Part shown: in pieces, positions 21,386 through 32,300 of the stretch
Layout of the letters: each line of letters starts with the position of its first letter
Position numbering within the stretch: position 1 is the first letter of the stretch
NCBI GenBank assembly: GCA_041690135.1
Contig: JAWLHY010000003.1
Coordinates: 768,001-832,000 of the forward strand
Direction: 5' to 3'
Length of the DNA stretch: 64,000 nucleotides
Origin: Armatimonadota bacterium
GTDB lineage: Bacteria; Armatimonadota; SYMT01
The notes under the pieces: model-generated
What the model saw: the letters and a program-made list of their open reading frames with translations, nothing else
The model's database searches: none
What the model was told of the DNA's origin: nothing
Translations under genes and position numbers: made by a program

Positions 21386-22636
21386 TTAGTCGTCCACTCT
21401 CGATACGATCCGAGCGTCCGCCGTTCCGTCGCGTAGCTGGAGGCGAATCCGATCGCCTTCAGCCAGTTCTCGGGATGAGGTCACTGGGGTTTCTTCCGGT
21501 AAGAGGATCACCCGGGCATAGCCCCGGGCCAGCGTGGCCAGCGGGCTCACGCTCTCCAGTTTTCCCACTGCCAGCGCCAGGCGGTGGCGGTGGCGGTTGA
21601 GCAGGGTATCCCGCACGCGCAGCAGGCGCGCGTCCAGATCGTCGAGACGCTGTCGCCGCGTCGCCACCAACCACTCGGGGCGCGCGAGCGGCATCCGGCG
21701 GCGCAGGCCCTCCCAGCGCAGGCGCTCCGCCTCCAGCCGGTTCTGCAGCAGCATCCGCACCTGACCGGAGGCCCGCTGCCACCGATCCAGCATCTCCCGG
21801 CGAGCGAGCATCACCATTTCCGCCGCCGCCGTCGGGGTGGGGGCCCGTACGTCCGCTGCCAGGTCCGCCAGCGTCACGTCCGTTTCATGCCCCACCGCGG
21901 AAATAACGGGAAGCCGGGAGGCGGCAATGGCGCGGGCCACCGCCTCGGTGTTGAAGCACCAGAGGTCTTCCAGCGAGCCGCCGCCACGTCCCACGATGAT
22001 CAGTTGCGCTCCCGAGTCCCGGTTCGCCAGGTCCAGGGCCGCCCGGATGCTTTCTTCGGCGCCCTCGCCCTGGACCTGTGCCGGCACCAGCACGATCTGC
22101 GGAGGGCTCGGGTCGCGACGGAGAATGGTGCAGATATCGCGAACGGCGGCCCCGGAGAGGGAGGTGACCACGGCCACCCGCTCGGGAAAGGCCGGCAGCG
22201 GCCGTTTGCGTCCCGCGTCGAATACCCCCTCGGCCAGTAGCCGGGCCTTGCTCTGCTCGAACGCGAGGAAGAGCGACCCGGCGCCGTCCGGCTGCATTTC
22301 GTCTACGTCGAGCTGGTACTGCCCGCGCGGCGGGTAGAGTGTAATCCGGCCATGCACCAGCAACTGCATGCCGGGTTCCGGGCGGAAGGGAAGCCGGGCG
22401 GCGGCACTCCGCCACATCACGCAGCCCAGGCAAGCACCTTCGTCCTTCAGCGAGAAGTAGAGATGCCCGGAGGCGGCCCGGGTGAAGTTCGAAACCTCGC
22501 CGCGCACCCAGATGTCCTGGAGCACCTCATCGAACCGGATGAGTGAAGACAGGTGCTGTGTCAGAATCGAGACGCTTACGGCGCCGTAGGTCGCCGGGGG
22601 CAGTTGTGTGACTAGCGGGGTATCCAGATCCCACAC
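21386..22636 (-). CDS. xseA: Exodeoxyribonuclease VII large subunit
   Basis: VRGEVSNF..SGHLYFSLKD, RGGGSLEDLW, SAVGHETD, PTPTAAAE, LARGY. Confidence 0.96.
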   Translation of the reverse strand: MWDLDTPLVTQLPPATYGAVSVSILTQHLSSLIRFDEVLQDIWVRGEVSNFTRAASGHLYFSLKDEGACLGCVMWRSAAARLPFRPEPGMQLLVHGRITLYPPRGQYQLDVDEMQPDGAGSLFLAFEQSKARLLAEGVFDAGRKRPLPAFPERVAVVTSLSGAAVRDICTILRRDPSPPQIVLVPAQVQGEGAEESIRAALDLANRDSGAQLIIVGRGGGSLEDLWCFNTEAVARAIAASRLPVISAVGHETDVTLADLAADVRAPTPTAAAEMVMLARREMLDRWQRASGQVRMLLQNRLEAERLRWEGLRRRMPLARPEWLVATRRQRLDDLDARLLRVRDTLLNRHRHRLALAVGKLESVSPLATLARGYARVILLPEETPVTSSRELAEGDRIRLQLRDGTADARIVSRVDD

Positions 22637-22750
22637 CGGGGCCGTCTCCTGTCGCTACCGTCCCTGGGGGGCGGTGTTTTGCCGGGCGGACACCCGGGTA
22701 AAGCTTTGCAAAGCACAGAGTGCAAGGGAAAAGGGGAAGGGAGTAAAGCG

Positions 22751-22900
22751 ATGTTGTGGACAATCCTGGCCGTGTTGCTGGTCCTGTGGTTGATCGGGGT
22801 GATTGGCGGCTTTACGTTCAACGGGCTCATTCACCTGCTGCTGGTCTTTGCGCTGGTGGCGCTGGTGGTCCAGCTCTTCACCGGCCGCCGGGTCGTGTAG
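22751..22900 (+). CDS. lmo0937-family (DUF5670) small membrane protein
   Basis: MLWTILAVLLVLWLIG...GLIHLLLV...GRR. Confidence 0.85.
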   Translation: MLWTILAVLLVLWLIGVIGGFTFNGLIHLLLVFALVALVVQLFTGRRVV

Positions 22901-22988
22901 ATCACGCGCGCACACGTCTCCGGGAAACATCCTGACGAGACGGGTCCAGCCCGAAACACAGCGAGCACCGCAACGGTACGGGCTCACG

Positions 22989-23027
22989 ACGCGCCGCTGA
23001 AGCTCATGGGGTTTCAGCGGCGCGTTT
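22989..23027 (+). terminator. Intrinsic terminator-like hairpin
   Basis: acgcgccgctgaagc...gtttcagcggcgcgttt between convergent genes. Confidence 0.6.
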
Positions 23028-23147
23028 GCATGGGCGCTCCAGGTCGCGCCGCAACCGCAAAGGGAGCACCGCGGGGAGTGCCGACCGGGTCGCCCCGGAC
23101 ACCGGGGACCCAGGCGGATGATCCAAACTCCGTCGCCGGTTTCGTGC

Positions 23148-23675
23148 TTACTCTTCGCTTAGCGGGAGGTGTCCCTCTTCCAGGACGACCTCCGCCACAT
23201 AGATGGGGCAACGGAACCGGAGGGCCAGGGCAATTGCATCGCTGGGCCGGCAGTCGACTTCCACCGGCTTCTCATTCTGCCGCATCGATATCTTGGCGTA
23301 GAAGACGTTGTTGTACAGATCGTCCACCAGGATGTATTCGACGCTGCCGCCCAGGCGCTCGATGAGGAGCTTGGTCAGGTCGTGGGTCATCGGGCGTGGG
23401 GTCTGATTGCCTTCCAGAGCCACATGGATGGCAATGGCCTCCGCCTGCCCGATCCAGATGGGCACGTTCCGGCCCCGGCTATCCCGCAGCAGCACGAAGG
23501 CGCCCCCGCTGGGGTTCTCGTAGACACCGATGACCTTGACTTCTTTCTCGTTCAGTTCGCGGCCGCGGCGGGCTTCCACCTCTTCCGGGGGAACATCTTC
23601 TCCCGGCTTGGCTTCCCCCTCCATCTTTCGAAAGTGCTCATTAAACTGTTTCAGGAATTCGTCTTCCGCAGCCAC
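23148..23675 (-). CDS. Bifunctional nuclease family protein (DUF151)
   Basis: PIWIGQAEAIAI, PRPMTHDL, DCRPSDAIALA; GGAGG RBS before GTG 23675. Confidence 0.9.
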   Translation of the reverse strand: MAAEDEFLKQFNEHFRKMEGEAKPGEDVPPEEVEARRGRELNEKEVKVIGVYENPSGGAFVLLRDSRGRNVPIWIGQAEAIAIHVALEGNQTPRPMTHDLTKLLIERLGGSVEYILVDDLYNNVFYAKISMRQNEKPVEVDCRPSDAIALALRFRCPIYVAEVVLEEGHLPLSEE

Positions 23676-23898
23676 TCGGGGCCTCCTCCAAACTACCGCC
23701 AGAACCCCACACCCGGATTCGGAGCCCGATGCACCGGGTCCCTCGCCTCTCATCCGCGTCAGTCACTCAAATGTTAGTATAAGGTTACCCCGAATGGGGG
23801 CTGAGGGCAACCGCCCCCGGACGAGAGGGGAACGCCGCTTCTCTACGCTATACCTCCCGGCGGCAGTGGCGGAAACGCTCCAAAGCGGGAGAAGAGCC

Positions 23899-24543
23899 TT
23901 ACGCGGAAGGGGAGGGGGAAGCGATCACGCCGTCTAGCGCAAACCCGGTGAAAGAGCGCACCGTGTCGAGGAGGGTGCCCTTATGGAAGCTGGTACACCA
24001 GCTCAACAAGGCCAGAAAGTACTGGCCCAGAAGGAAGAGGGCCACTTCGTCGGCGGCCGCTTCGGGTTTGAAGTATCCCGAGGCCTGGCCTTCCCGGATG
24101 ATCTCTTCCAGGATCCCCTGAAGTTGCCAGATGTTGGGCCCCTCGATCTCCTGCAGTTCGCTGTGGCTCAGGGCGGAGAGGAAGAGACCCCGCGCCAGGT
24201 CGGGGGTCATGTCCGGGTAGGTACCCATCACCTCGAGCAGGTGGCGGATCCTCTCGGGAGGCGTTCCGTGGATCTCACCGCTCTCCAGGGCGGCCCGCAA
24301 ACGCTGCACCTGGGTTCCCCCAAAGTACGTCAGCACAGCTTCTTTATTTGGGAAGTAGTTGAAGAACGTGCCCTTGCCCACGTCGGCCCGCTCGGTGATC
24401 TGTTCGACGGTGACGTGCGCGGGGCCCCGTTCGGCGAATAGCTCAATCGCCGAGCGAAAGATCCGCTCTCGGGTCTCCGCCGCCTTGCGTTCCCGCCGCC
24501 CCATCGCGGGCCGGGCTCCCGTCTCCGTTCGCGTTTCCGCCAT
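23899..24543 (-). CDS. TetR/AcrR family regulator
   Basis: RRERK..TRERI..A..LF..G...TVEQI..ADVGKGTFFNYFPNKE. Confidence 0.93.
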   Translation of the reverse strand: MAETRTETGARPAMGRRERKAAETRERIFRSAIELFAERGPAHVTVEQITERADVGKGTFFNYFPNKEAVLTYFGGTQVQRLRAALESGEIHGTPPERIRHLLEVMGTYPDMTPDLARGLFLSALSHSELQEIEGPNIWQLQGILEEIIREGQASGYFKPEAAADEVALFLLGQYFLALLSWCTSFHKGTLLDTVRSFTGFALDGVIASPSPSA

Positions 24544-24722
24544 GGATTTGACCTGTCTTGTTGGGAATTTGCATTAGGGTTCGTAGGCCATCTGGAGAAT
24601 ACCTCCGCCGGTACTCAGTAAGCCATCCGGATGTAAGGTTGTTTCGCCATGACTTGCTCTCCGGTGGTGCCCGGGCAGGAAGACCCGGAGTTCCTCTCCC
24701 GCATTCCCGAGAACCCGCCCGC

Positions 24723-24767
24723 AAAAACGGAATGGGGCCGGACGCCTCGCGTCCGGCCCCATTCCGT
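24723..24767 (-). terminator. rpoD intrinsic terminator
   Basis: 19-bp perfect stem followed by a T-run on the minus strand, ~20 bp after the rpoD stop. Confidence 0.8.
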
Positions 24768-24787
24768 GCTTCAACCAGCCGACCTGC

Positions 24788-26008
24788 CTAGTCCAGGAAC
24801 TCACGCAGCCGGCGGCTCTTGGACGGATGCTTCAGCTTCTTCAGCGCCTTCGCCTCGATCTGGCGAATACGCTCGCGGGTCACCTTGAAGTAGCGTCCCA
24901 CTTCCTCCAGGGTCCGCGGGCTGCCGTCATCGAGACCGAACCGCATCCGCAATACCTCGCGCTCGCGCGGCGTCAGCTTGCCCAAGGCGTCGTCGATCTC
25001 GCGGCGCAGCAGCATGTTGGCCGCCGCTTCCGAGGGCGACATCGCGTCCTGGTCTTCCACGAAGTCGGCCAGGTGGCTGTCCTCTTCCTCGCCGATCGGC
25101 GTTTCGAGCGACAGCGGCTCCGGCGCGATCTTCTGGATCTCGCTCACCCGGTCCGGCGGCAGGTCCATCTCTCGTCCGATCTCTTCGACCGTAGGCTCGC
25201 GACCCAGCTTCTGGGTCAACTGTCCCTGCGTCTTGATCAGGCGGTTGATCGTTTCGACCATATGCACCGGGATCCGGATGGTGCGCCCCTGGTCCGCAAT
25301 GGCGCGCGTGATCGCCTGCCGAATCCACCAGGTCGCATAGGTACTGAACTTGTACCCCTTCCGGTAGTCGAACTTCTCCACCGCCCGGATGAGACCGATG
25401 TTCCCTTCCTGGATCAGGTCCGGGAAGGAGAGGCCGCGGCCGCTGTACTTCTTGGCGATGCTGACCACCAGGCGGAGGTTGGCCTCCGTCAGCTTGGTCT
25501 TCGCATCCATCGCGCCCTTCGGGTCCTTCTCCCAGTTCTCGATCCGCTTCGCCAGCCGAATCTCTTCGTGCGGCGTCAACAGAGTCGTCTTTCCGATCTC
25601 CCGCAGCCACATGCGGACGGAGTCGTCGATCGGAATTCCCTCGACCTGGCTGTTGTCCTCTTCGCGGATCTCCATGTCCTTGATCAGGACATCCTCGGTC
25701 GGCGCCGACGTGGCGGCCTTGGCCGAGGTCTTGGGGCTCTCCACCAACTGGATCCCTTCGCTCTCCGCCAGGCTGAAAATGTCTTCGATCTGATCCGGGT
25801 CTACTTCTGTTCGGAGGGCTTCGTTAATCTCGTCGTACGTAAGCAAGCCCTGCTGCTTTCCACGATCCAGCAGCTTGCTTACCTCCGGATTCTCCCTCAA
25901 CGTGCTCATCATATCCACAGGCACTTCCGCACCCCCCCTCGACATTCTGCCGTGAAGCTCAGCGACCCGCTGCGGGCTGCCTTCTGCAGCCTCTGGCGGT
26001 GTCTCCAT
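24788..26008 (-). CDS. rpoD: Primary RNA polymerase sigma factor
   Basis: [50 protein letters not shown]; downstream of dnaG. Confidence 0.97.
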   Translation of the reverse strand: METPPEAAEGSPQRVAELHGRMSRGGAEVPVDMMSTLRENPEVSKLLDRGKQQGLLTYDEINEALRTEVDPDQIEDIFSLAESEGIQLVESPKTSAKAATSAPTEDVLIKDMEIREEDNSQVEGIPIDDSVRMWLREIGKTTLLTPHEEIRLAKRIENWEKDPKGAMDAKTKLTEANLRLVVSIAKKYSGRGLSFPDLIQEGNIGLIRAVEKFDYRKGYKFSTYATWWIRQAITRAIADQGRTIRIPVHMVETINRLIKTQGQLTQKLGREPTVEEIGREMDLPPDRVSEIQKIAPEPLSLETPIGEEEDSHLADFVEDQDAMSPSEAAANMLLRREIDDALGKLTPREREVLRMRFGLDDGSPRTLEEVGRYFKVTRERIRQIEAKALKKLKHPSKSRRLREFLD

Positions 26009-26083
26009 CGGCTCCTTTTCCAGTCGCCTTGTCCCCGCTCCCGTGCACTTTATCCCTGTTAACTACCTCTGTAAACGGCGTGG

Positions 26084-27955
26084 CTAGTCTTCCCGTTTCT
26101 GCCGTCCCCCCAGCTCTTTGCGTAGCTGGAGATACTCATCCAACCGGGGGTCCCCCGGGGCCAGCTCACCCGCCTCATACAGTTGCCGCAACTCCTGCAA
26201 GTGCGCCACCGTAGCGGCGTGTTCCAGCTTCTGCAGGCACGCCTCCAATCCATCGTCGGACAGCGGCGCCTCATCCATCAATAACTCACTCACCTGTTCC
26301 GCTCTTGCAGGATCATTCTTCAGGCGCTCAACGCGCGTCCAGAAATCCTGCGCCTCCCCGTCCTCTTCCCATCCATCCTCGTGTTGCGATCCGTCCCCGA
26401 CACTTCCATTATGCCCAAGCAAGTCCTCCGCAATCCCCCGGAGGGACTCCTCTGCGAAGTGCTCCGCGGAAACGCGACTCGCAACCGTCTCCGCCCAGCG
26501 GTATTCGGTAAGGACGGCGCGCAGGACGTATCGCTCTGCATGAGCCCGGGCGCTTTTCAACCCGGTGCCCGCGCCGGAAGACACCGGCGTCGCCGGGGTT
26601 CCCCGCCGGGCCGCCCCGTCATTCCGCAGTAACCGGTTGATTTCCTGGGTTAGCGCAGAGCGGGCCTGCATGGCCTGGTGCGGGTCGCCCGGAAACCATT
26701 CGTTGGCCAGGCGCTCCAGCAGTCGGGTCAGGCGGCCGGCATACTCCTGGCGCACCAGGCTGCTTCCACTTCGCGCCACCAGCCGGGCCGCTTCGCGGAT
26801 GAATGGCAGGCGGGCGGACGGGTCCGACAGATTATATCTTGACCTTAAACGGTTTAACTCATAGTCGAGTAGCGGCTGCGCCCGGTTCAACAGGGCTCGC
26901 AGCGCATCGGCGCCATGCTTCTTGACGAAAGTATCCGGGTCGTCACCTTCGGGGAGAACCGCAATGCGCACGTTGCAGCCGGCCTCCTCGAACATCGGGC
27001 CGGCCCGCTCCACGGCGCGCATCCCCGCGCTATCGCCGTCGTAGCAGATCACCAACTCGCTTTCGGCATCCCCCTTTCTGAACCGTCGCAGGATCTCGAC
27101 GTGCTTTTCCGTAATCGCGGTCCCCAGGCTCGCCACCGTATTCGCGATCCCCGCCTGGTGGAGCGCAATGACGTCCATATACCCTTCCACCGCTACCGCA
27201 AACCCGGCTTCTACGATCGCCGGCCGGGCGAGGTGGAGCGCATAGAGCGTTCGCCCTTTTTCAAATATCGGCGTGCCCGCCGTGTTCAGGTACTTCGGTA
27301 TCCCGTCGGGGCGCAGCGTGCGCCCCCCAAACGCGACCGGCCGTCCTTCCAGGTCGTGGATCGGGAACATCACCCGGTCCACGAACCGGTCTCGCAGCCC
27401 GTGCTCTCCCTTGATCAGCAGGTCCGCCGTCAGCGCGTCCTCCAGCGAAACCTTCTGCTGCCGGAACCAGGAGAGGAGGGCTTCGTAGCCCGGCGGCGCG
27501 TATCCCAATCCGAACTGCTCGATCGTCTCCCGGGAAAGGCCGCGCTCTTCCAGATACCGGAGCACCCCGGGCGCGTGCATCAATCGTTCGCGAAAGAACC
27601 GTTCCGCCAGCACGGTGACGTCCTGAACCCGCTGCCGCTCCGACCGCACCTCCGGCGACTCTCCTTTACGCTGCCATTCCAATCCCAGGCGGCGCGCCAG
27701 GATCTCTCCGGCTTCCGGAAAGCTGAGCCCTTCCTTGTCCCGCAGAAAGCTGAAGCAGTCTCCCCCCTTGCCACAGCCATAACACTTGTAGAAGCCGCGC
27801 TCGCCATCGACGTGAAAGCTGGGGGTCTTCTCCCCGTGAAAGGGGCAGAGTCCCTTATGCGTGCGACCACTCCGGCGCAGTTGGATTCCATAGGACTGGA
27901 TCAACTCCACCAGGTCGGTCCGCAGCTTGATCTCCGAGACGATATCGTCGGCCAT
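26084..27955 (-). CDS. dnaG: DNA primase
   Basis: CPFH..KTPSF..C..C zinc finger, KYLNT, VEGYMDVI, YDGDSAG, DPD. Confidence 0.97.
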   Translation of the reverse strand: MADDIVSEIKLRTDLVELIQSYGIQLRRSGRTHKGLCPFHGEKTPSFHVDGERGFYKCYGCGKGGDCFSFLRDKEGLSFPEAGEILARRLGLEWQRKGESPEVRSERQRVQDVTVLAERFFRERLMHAPGVLRYLEERGLSRETIEQFGLGYAPPGYEALLSWFRQQKVSLEDALTADLLIKGEHGLRDRFVDRVMFPIHDLEGRPVAFGGRTLRPDGIPKYLNTAGTPIFEKGRTLYALHLARPAIVEAGFAVAVEGYMDVIALHQAGIANTVASLGTAITEKHVEILRRFRKGDAESELVICYDGDSAGMRAVERAGPMFEEAGCNVRIAVLPEGDDPDTFVKKHGADALRALLNRAQPLLDYELNRLRSRYNLSDPSARLPFIREAARLVARSGSSLVRQEYAGRLTRLLERLANEWFPGDPHQAMQARSALTQEINRLLRNDGAARRGTPATPVSSGAGTGLKSARAHAERYVLRAVLTEYRWAETVASRVSAEHFAEESLRGIAEDLLGHNGSVGDGSQHEDGWEEDGEAQDFWTRVERLKNDPARAEQVSELLMDEAPLSDDGLEACLQKLEHAATVAHLQELRQLYEAGELAPGDPRLDEYLQLRKELGGRQKRED

Positions 27956-27962
27956 AACATGC

Positions 27963-28012
27963 AAAAAACGCCCGCCTTCCGTCCCCGCGCCGGGGACAGA
28001 AGGCGGGCGTTT
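27963..28012 (-). terminator. Intrinsic terminator directly upstream of dnaG
   Basis: Long GC stem plus T6 on the minus strand, ending 7 nt before the dnaG ATG. Confidence 0.75.
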
Positions 28013-28024
28013 CGCTTTCTCTCC

Positions 28025-28993
28025 CTAATCCGCTAGTGCAATGGTCAACCGGACGCAGGGCATATTCGGTTTTTGCATATCGAACGTGAAGGCCGCGTGG
28101 TAGTTCTTCGTGTAATAGGCTTCCATGAAGCGGAAACCCGGCAGGAGACGGGTCTTCTCCGGGAAGCCGTAGGCTTCGAGAACCTTCTGGTAGCTGCTGT
28201 TGAGCGCCACTCCCTTGGAGGTCTTCACGCCTGGATAGCTCTTGCCGGCCGGCGCGGCGACGGCGATCTGCGCCACGCGACCATCCTCATTGATCAGGAA
28301 CTCCAGGCGGACCGTGTCCTTGCCGCCCTTGACGTCGTTACGCTTGTAAATCCACAAAACCGCGGTGCTGAACTCGGGCAACTGCTGGCCCGCGCCCGGA
28401 AGCCCGGCTCCCTCGGCGCCGAACGCGCCTTCGCCCGGTATTCCGCCCGGCATGCCCGGGTAGCCGGCGCCCGGCGCCATGGCCCCCGGCATCGCCGGTG
28501 CTCCCAGGCCCGGGTAACCTCCGCCCGGAGCACTCCCCGGCGGCAGTGACGGAATGGCCCCCGGCATTCCGAAGGCGCCCGCGCCTCCGATCGCTCCCGG
28601 CGCGCCGGGATATCCGGGCGGTGAGCCCATCGCGCCCGACATTCCCGGGTAACCGCCCATGGCGCCTTCCGGGCCGCCCATGGCGCCGGCAGCGCCGCCC
28701 AGCGCGGGCAACTGCTCGGCCGGGTTGACCAGGGCGACCGTTTGGACTTCGCTCGGCGCGCCGAAGCGGCGGACGACTTCGAGCATCGGCCGGCCCAGAC
28801 GCACCCGCAGAAGCTCTCGCTCCGGGTCCACAGCCTTTCTTGCGGCAGGCCGTCGGGCTACTCCCGCCGTACCCGCTCCGGGTAGGCCACCAGGCGCTCC
28901 CGGAAACTGCGCGCTCGCGGGTTGATAACCCAGGCCGACCAGCGCGCCGGCGGCGAGAACGCCCATGGACCAGACAATTCGCTTCTTGTTCAT
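28025..28993 (-). CDS. Exported protein with Gly/Pro/Ala-rich low-complexity insert
   Basis: Signal peptide ending ASA|Q; two LG/LN...V...FG.P/YG.P repeats separated by GAPG/GYPG runs. Confidence 0.7.
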   Translation of the reverse strand: MNKKRIVWSMGVLAAGALVGLGYQPASAQFPGAPGGLPGAGTAGVARRPAARKAVDPERELLRVRLGRPMLEVVRRFGAPSEVQTVALVNPAEQLPALGGAAGAMGGPEGAMGGYPGMSGAMGSPPGYPGAPGAIGGAGAFGMPGAIPSLPPGSAPGGGYPGLGAPAMPGAMAPGAGYPGMPGGIPGEGAFGAEGAGLPGAGQQLPEFSTAVLWIYKRNDVKGGKDTVRLEFLINEDGRVAQIAVAAPAGKSYPGVKTSKGVALNSSYQKVLEAYGFPEKTRLLPGFRFMEAYYTKNYHAAFTFDMQKPNMPCVRLTIALAD

Positions 28994-29304
28994 CGCGGAG
29001 ACACCTTTCCCGCGCGGGGCATCGAAAGTAACCGGAGCCGTGCTCCCGGCCCATGTTCGACACGCACGCGCGGCTTCCTGCACGGTGGCACAAAAAATCA
29101 TGGAAAACTGCGGAGGATGCTTCGGATAGTGAGACGCAGCAGGCGCGGCCTTAGTTCCAATCGTTTTCCCGGTTGTGATCTGCCCTCTCGCGAAGTGAGG
29201 TCGCGTCCCGGGCGGGGAGCACTCCCACGGGGCCGAAGGCTCCGCCGGAAGGCGGAAGAAATTGCCTGCATCATGGTGGCCGCCCGTTCGTCTGAAGGAG
29301 ACGT

Positions 29305-32300
29305 ATGAACGCCTCTAAACCCTCTTCCATCGTTCCCTTTCTGGTAATCGCCGGCTCCCTGGCCGGGGCCGCAGGGGTCGCCGCGCCCGCCCTCAAGGGT
29401 GCCTCGGCCGTGCCCAGGGCTCCCGCACAGGCGGAACCGGTGGACTTCAGCCGGGATATCCGCCCGACCCTCTCGGCGAAGTGCTTTGCCTGCCACGGAG
29501 CGGACGCGGAATCGCGGGCGGCGGGAGTGCGCCTGGACCTGCGCGCGGAAGCGATCCGGGGCGCCGCGGGGCGCCGGCCCATCGTGCCGGGGAATCCGGC
29601 GGCGAGCCGGGCGTTCATCCGCATCACGGCGAAGAATCCGGCTCAGCGGATGCCGCCGCCTTCCTCCGGGCACCAGCTTTCCCCCGCGGAGATCTCGCTG
29701 GTGCGGCGCTGGATCGCTCAGGGCGCGCCCTATGCGGAACACTGGGCCTTCCAGAAGCCGGTCCGGCCGCCGCTTCCGAAGGTGGGGCAGGCCGCCTGGG
29801 TGCGGAATCCGATCGATGCGTTCGTGCTCGCGCGGATGGAGAAGGCAGGCTTGAAGCCCGCGCCGGAGGCGGATCGCTATACGTTGATTCGCCGGGTCTC
29901 GCTGGACCTGACCGGTCTGCCCCCGACGCCGGAGGAGGTGGAAGCGTTCGTCAACGACCGGAGCCCGAACGCCTATGAAAAGGTAGTCGACCGCCTGCTC
30001 GCCTCGCCACACTACGGCGAACGGTGGGCGAAGATGTGGCTGGACCTGGCGCGCTACGCGGATTCGGCGGGCTACGGCTCCGATCCCCTGCGCATGAACA
30101 TCTGGCCCTACCGCGATTGGGTCATCCAGGCCTTCAACCGGAACCTGCCCTACGACCGGTTCACCCTGGAGCAGATTGCGGGCGACCTGCTGCCGAACGC
30201 CACCCCGGACCAGATCGCCGCCACTGCCTTCCACCGGAACACGATGACGAACACGGAAGGCGGCACGGATGACGAGGAGTTCCGGGTCGCCGCCGTGAAG
30301 GACCGGATCGCCACCACGGCCCAGGTGTGGATGGGGCTGACGATGGCCTGTGCGCAGTGCCACACGCACAAGTTCGACCCGATCACGCACCGCGAGTATT
30401 ATCAGTTCTTCGCCTACTTCAACCAGACCGAGGATGCGGACCGGCCCGACGAGGCGCCTACCATGCCGGTGCCGACCGCCAGCCAGCAGGAGCAGGGGGA
30501 CCGCCTCCGCGCCGAGATCGCCGCCCTGGAGAAGGAGACCACCGAGTCCACGCCGGAGTTGCTGGCGGAACTGGCCGCCTGGGAGCGAGAACAGGCGCGT
30601 CCGGTTTCCTGGGTTCCGCTGCAGCCCCAGGATCTCCGCACCAGTTCGAGGACGCACCTGAAATCGCTGCCCGATGGATCGATCCTGGCGGAGGGCCCTT
30701 CGCCGGAGAGCGACACCTATACGCTGAAGCTCCGCACGACCCTCCGGGGGATCTCCGCGCTCCGACTGGAGGCGCTGCCGCACGAGAGCCTGCCGCAGTC
30801 CGGTCCCGGTCGCAGCCCGGGTGGGAACTTCGTGCTGAATCGCGTGCAGGTTTCCGCTGCCCCCGCCGTGGCCCGGCCGGCGACTGCCCGGTACATCCGG
30901 GTGGAGAACACGGGGAAAGAGCGCTTCCTCTCCCTGGCGGAAGTTCAGGTATTGAGCGGCGGGAAGAACCTGGCTACGGGCGGCAAGGCCACCCAGTCGA
31001 GCACCGACTTCGAAGGGCCGGCGGAAAAGGCGATCGACGGGAACACCAACGGCGAGTACCACACCGCCCGCTCGACCACGCACACGCGCCTGGAGGACAG
31101 CCCGTGGTGGGAAGTGGACCTGGGCCGCGAGGCGCCGGTCGACACCGTTACGGTGTGGAACCGAACGGACAACGATACCGGAAAGCGCTTGAGCAATTTC
31201 CGCGTGGTTGCCTACTCAGCAGACCGCAAGGTGGTGTGGGAGAAACAGGTAGCCCCGTCTCCCAGCCCCAGCGTGCGCCTGGGCACTTCCGGCGAGCGGA
31301 GCGTGACCCTGCGGAACGCCACGGCTACCCACAGCCAGGAAGGCTTCGACGTGGCGGGCCTGCTCGATACGGACGCCAAAACCGGTTGGGCGCTGGGAGG
31401 GGCGCTGGGGAAAGCACAGGCCGCCGTGTTCGAGACGGCCACCCCCGTCGGCGACGGAGGGGATACGCTCCTCACCGTGACCCTGGAGCAGGCCTATGGC
31501 GGGCAGCACACGCTGGGCCGTTTCCGGCTGCTGGCCACCACCGCGGCTCCGCCGGTCCGCGAGCTTCCGCAAGGCATCCGCACCGTCTTGGGAGTCCCCG
31601 CCGCGCAGCGCACTCCCGCCCAGCAGCAGGAGCTCCTCGCGTTCTTCCGTCCGCGCTCCTCCACGCTGGCGCCGCTCTTCCGGAAGATCGCCGAAAAGCA
31701 GAAGGCCCTCGCGGCGCTGAAACCGGTGGCGCTGCCGGTCCTCCGGGAGCTTCCGGCCGACAAACGGCGCGTGACCCACGTGATGCTCAAGGGCAACTTC
31801 CTGAACCCGGGCGAGGTAGTCACCCCCGCCCTTCCCGCGGCCTTTACACCGAAGTCCTTCGCCGAAGATGCCCCGGGGAACCGCCTGACCGTGGCCCGCT
31901 GGCTGATCAGTCCCGAGAACCCGCTCACCGCGCGGGTAGCCGTCAACCGCTTCTGGGCGCAGATCTTCGGCACCGGCATCGTGGAGACGGAAGAAGACTT
32001 CGGCACGCAGGGAAGCCTGCCGACGCATCCGGAGTTGTTGGACTGGTTGGCGACTGCGTTTTCTAGCACAACTTCGGTCCCCTTTACGCAAGGGAGCAGG
32101 GGGCAGGGCGCAAGGGAGCCTGGTGACCAAACCGTACCCGCTTTGGCAGGACGCAAGGGAGCAGAGGCGCAGGGGGAAAGCGAGACGCGGATCTTGCGGA
32201 CCGCAGCAGCTTCTGATCCCCGGGGTTCGAATTACCGGGTGCCCTCCGGCCGACGCAATACGAATTACGCACAAAAGGCCCGGTTAACCGCAGCAGCTTC

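Noticed and set aside
24583-24631. 14-bp imperfect direct repeat upstream of the TetR gene with tiny ORFs
   Set aside because: Only two copies with mismatches; insufficient to call an operator or leader peptide.
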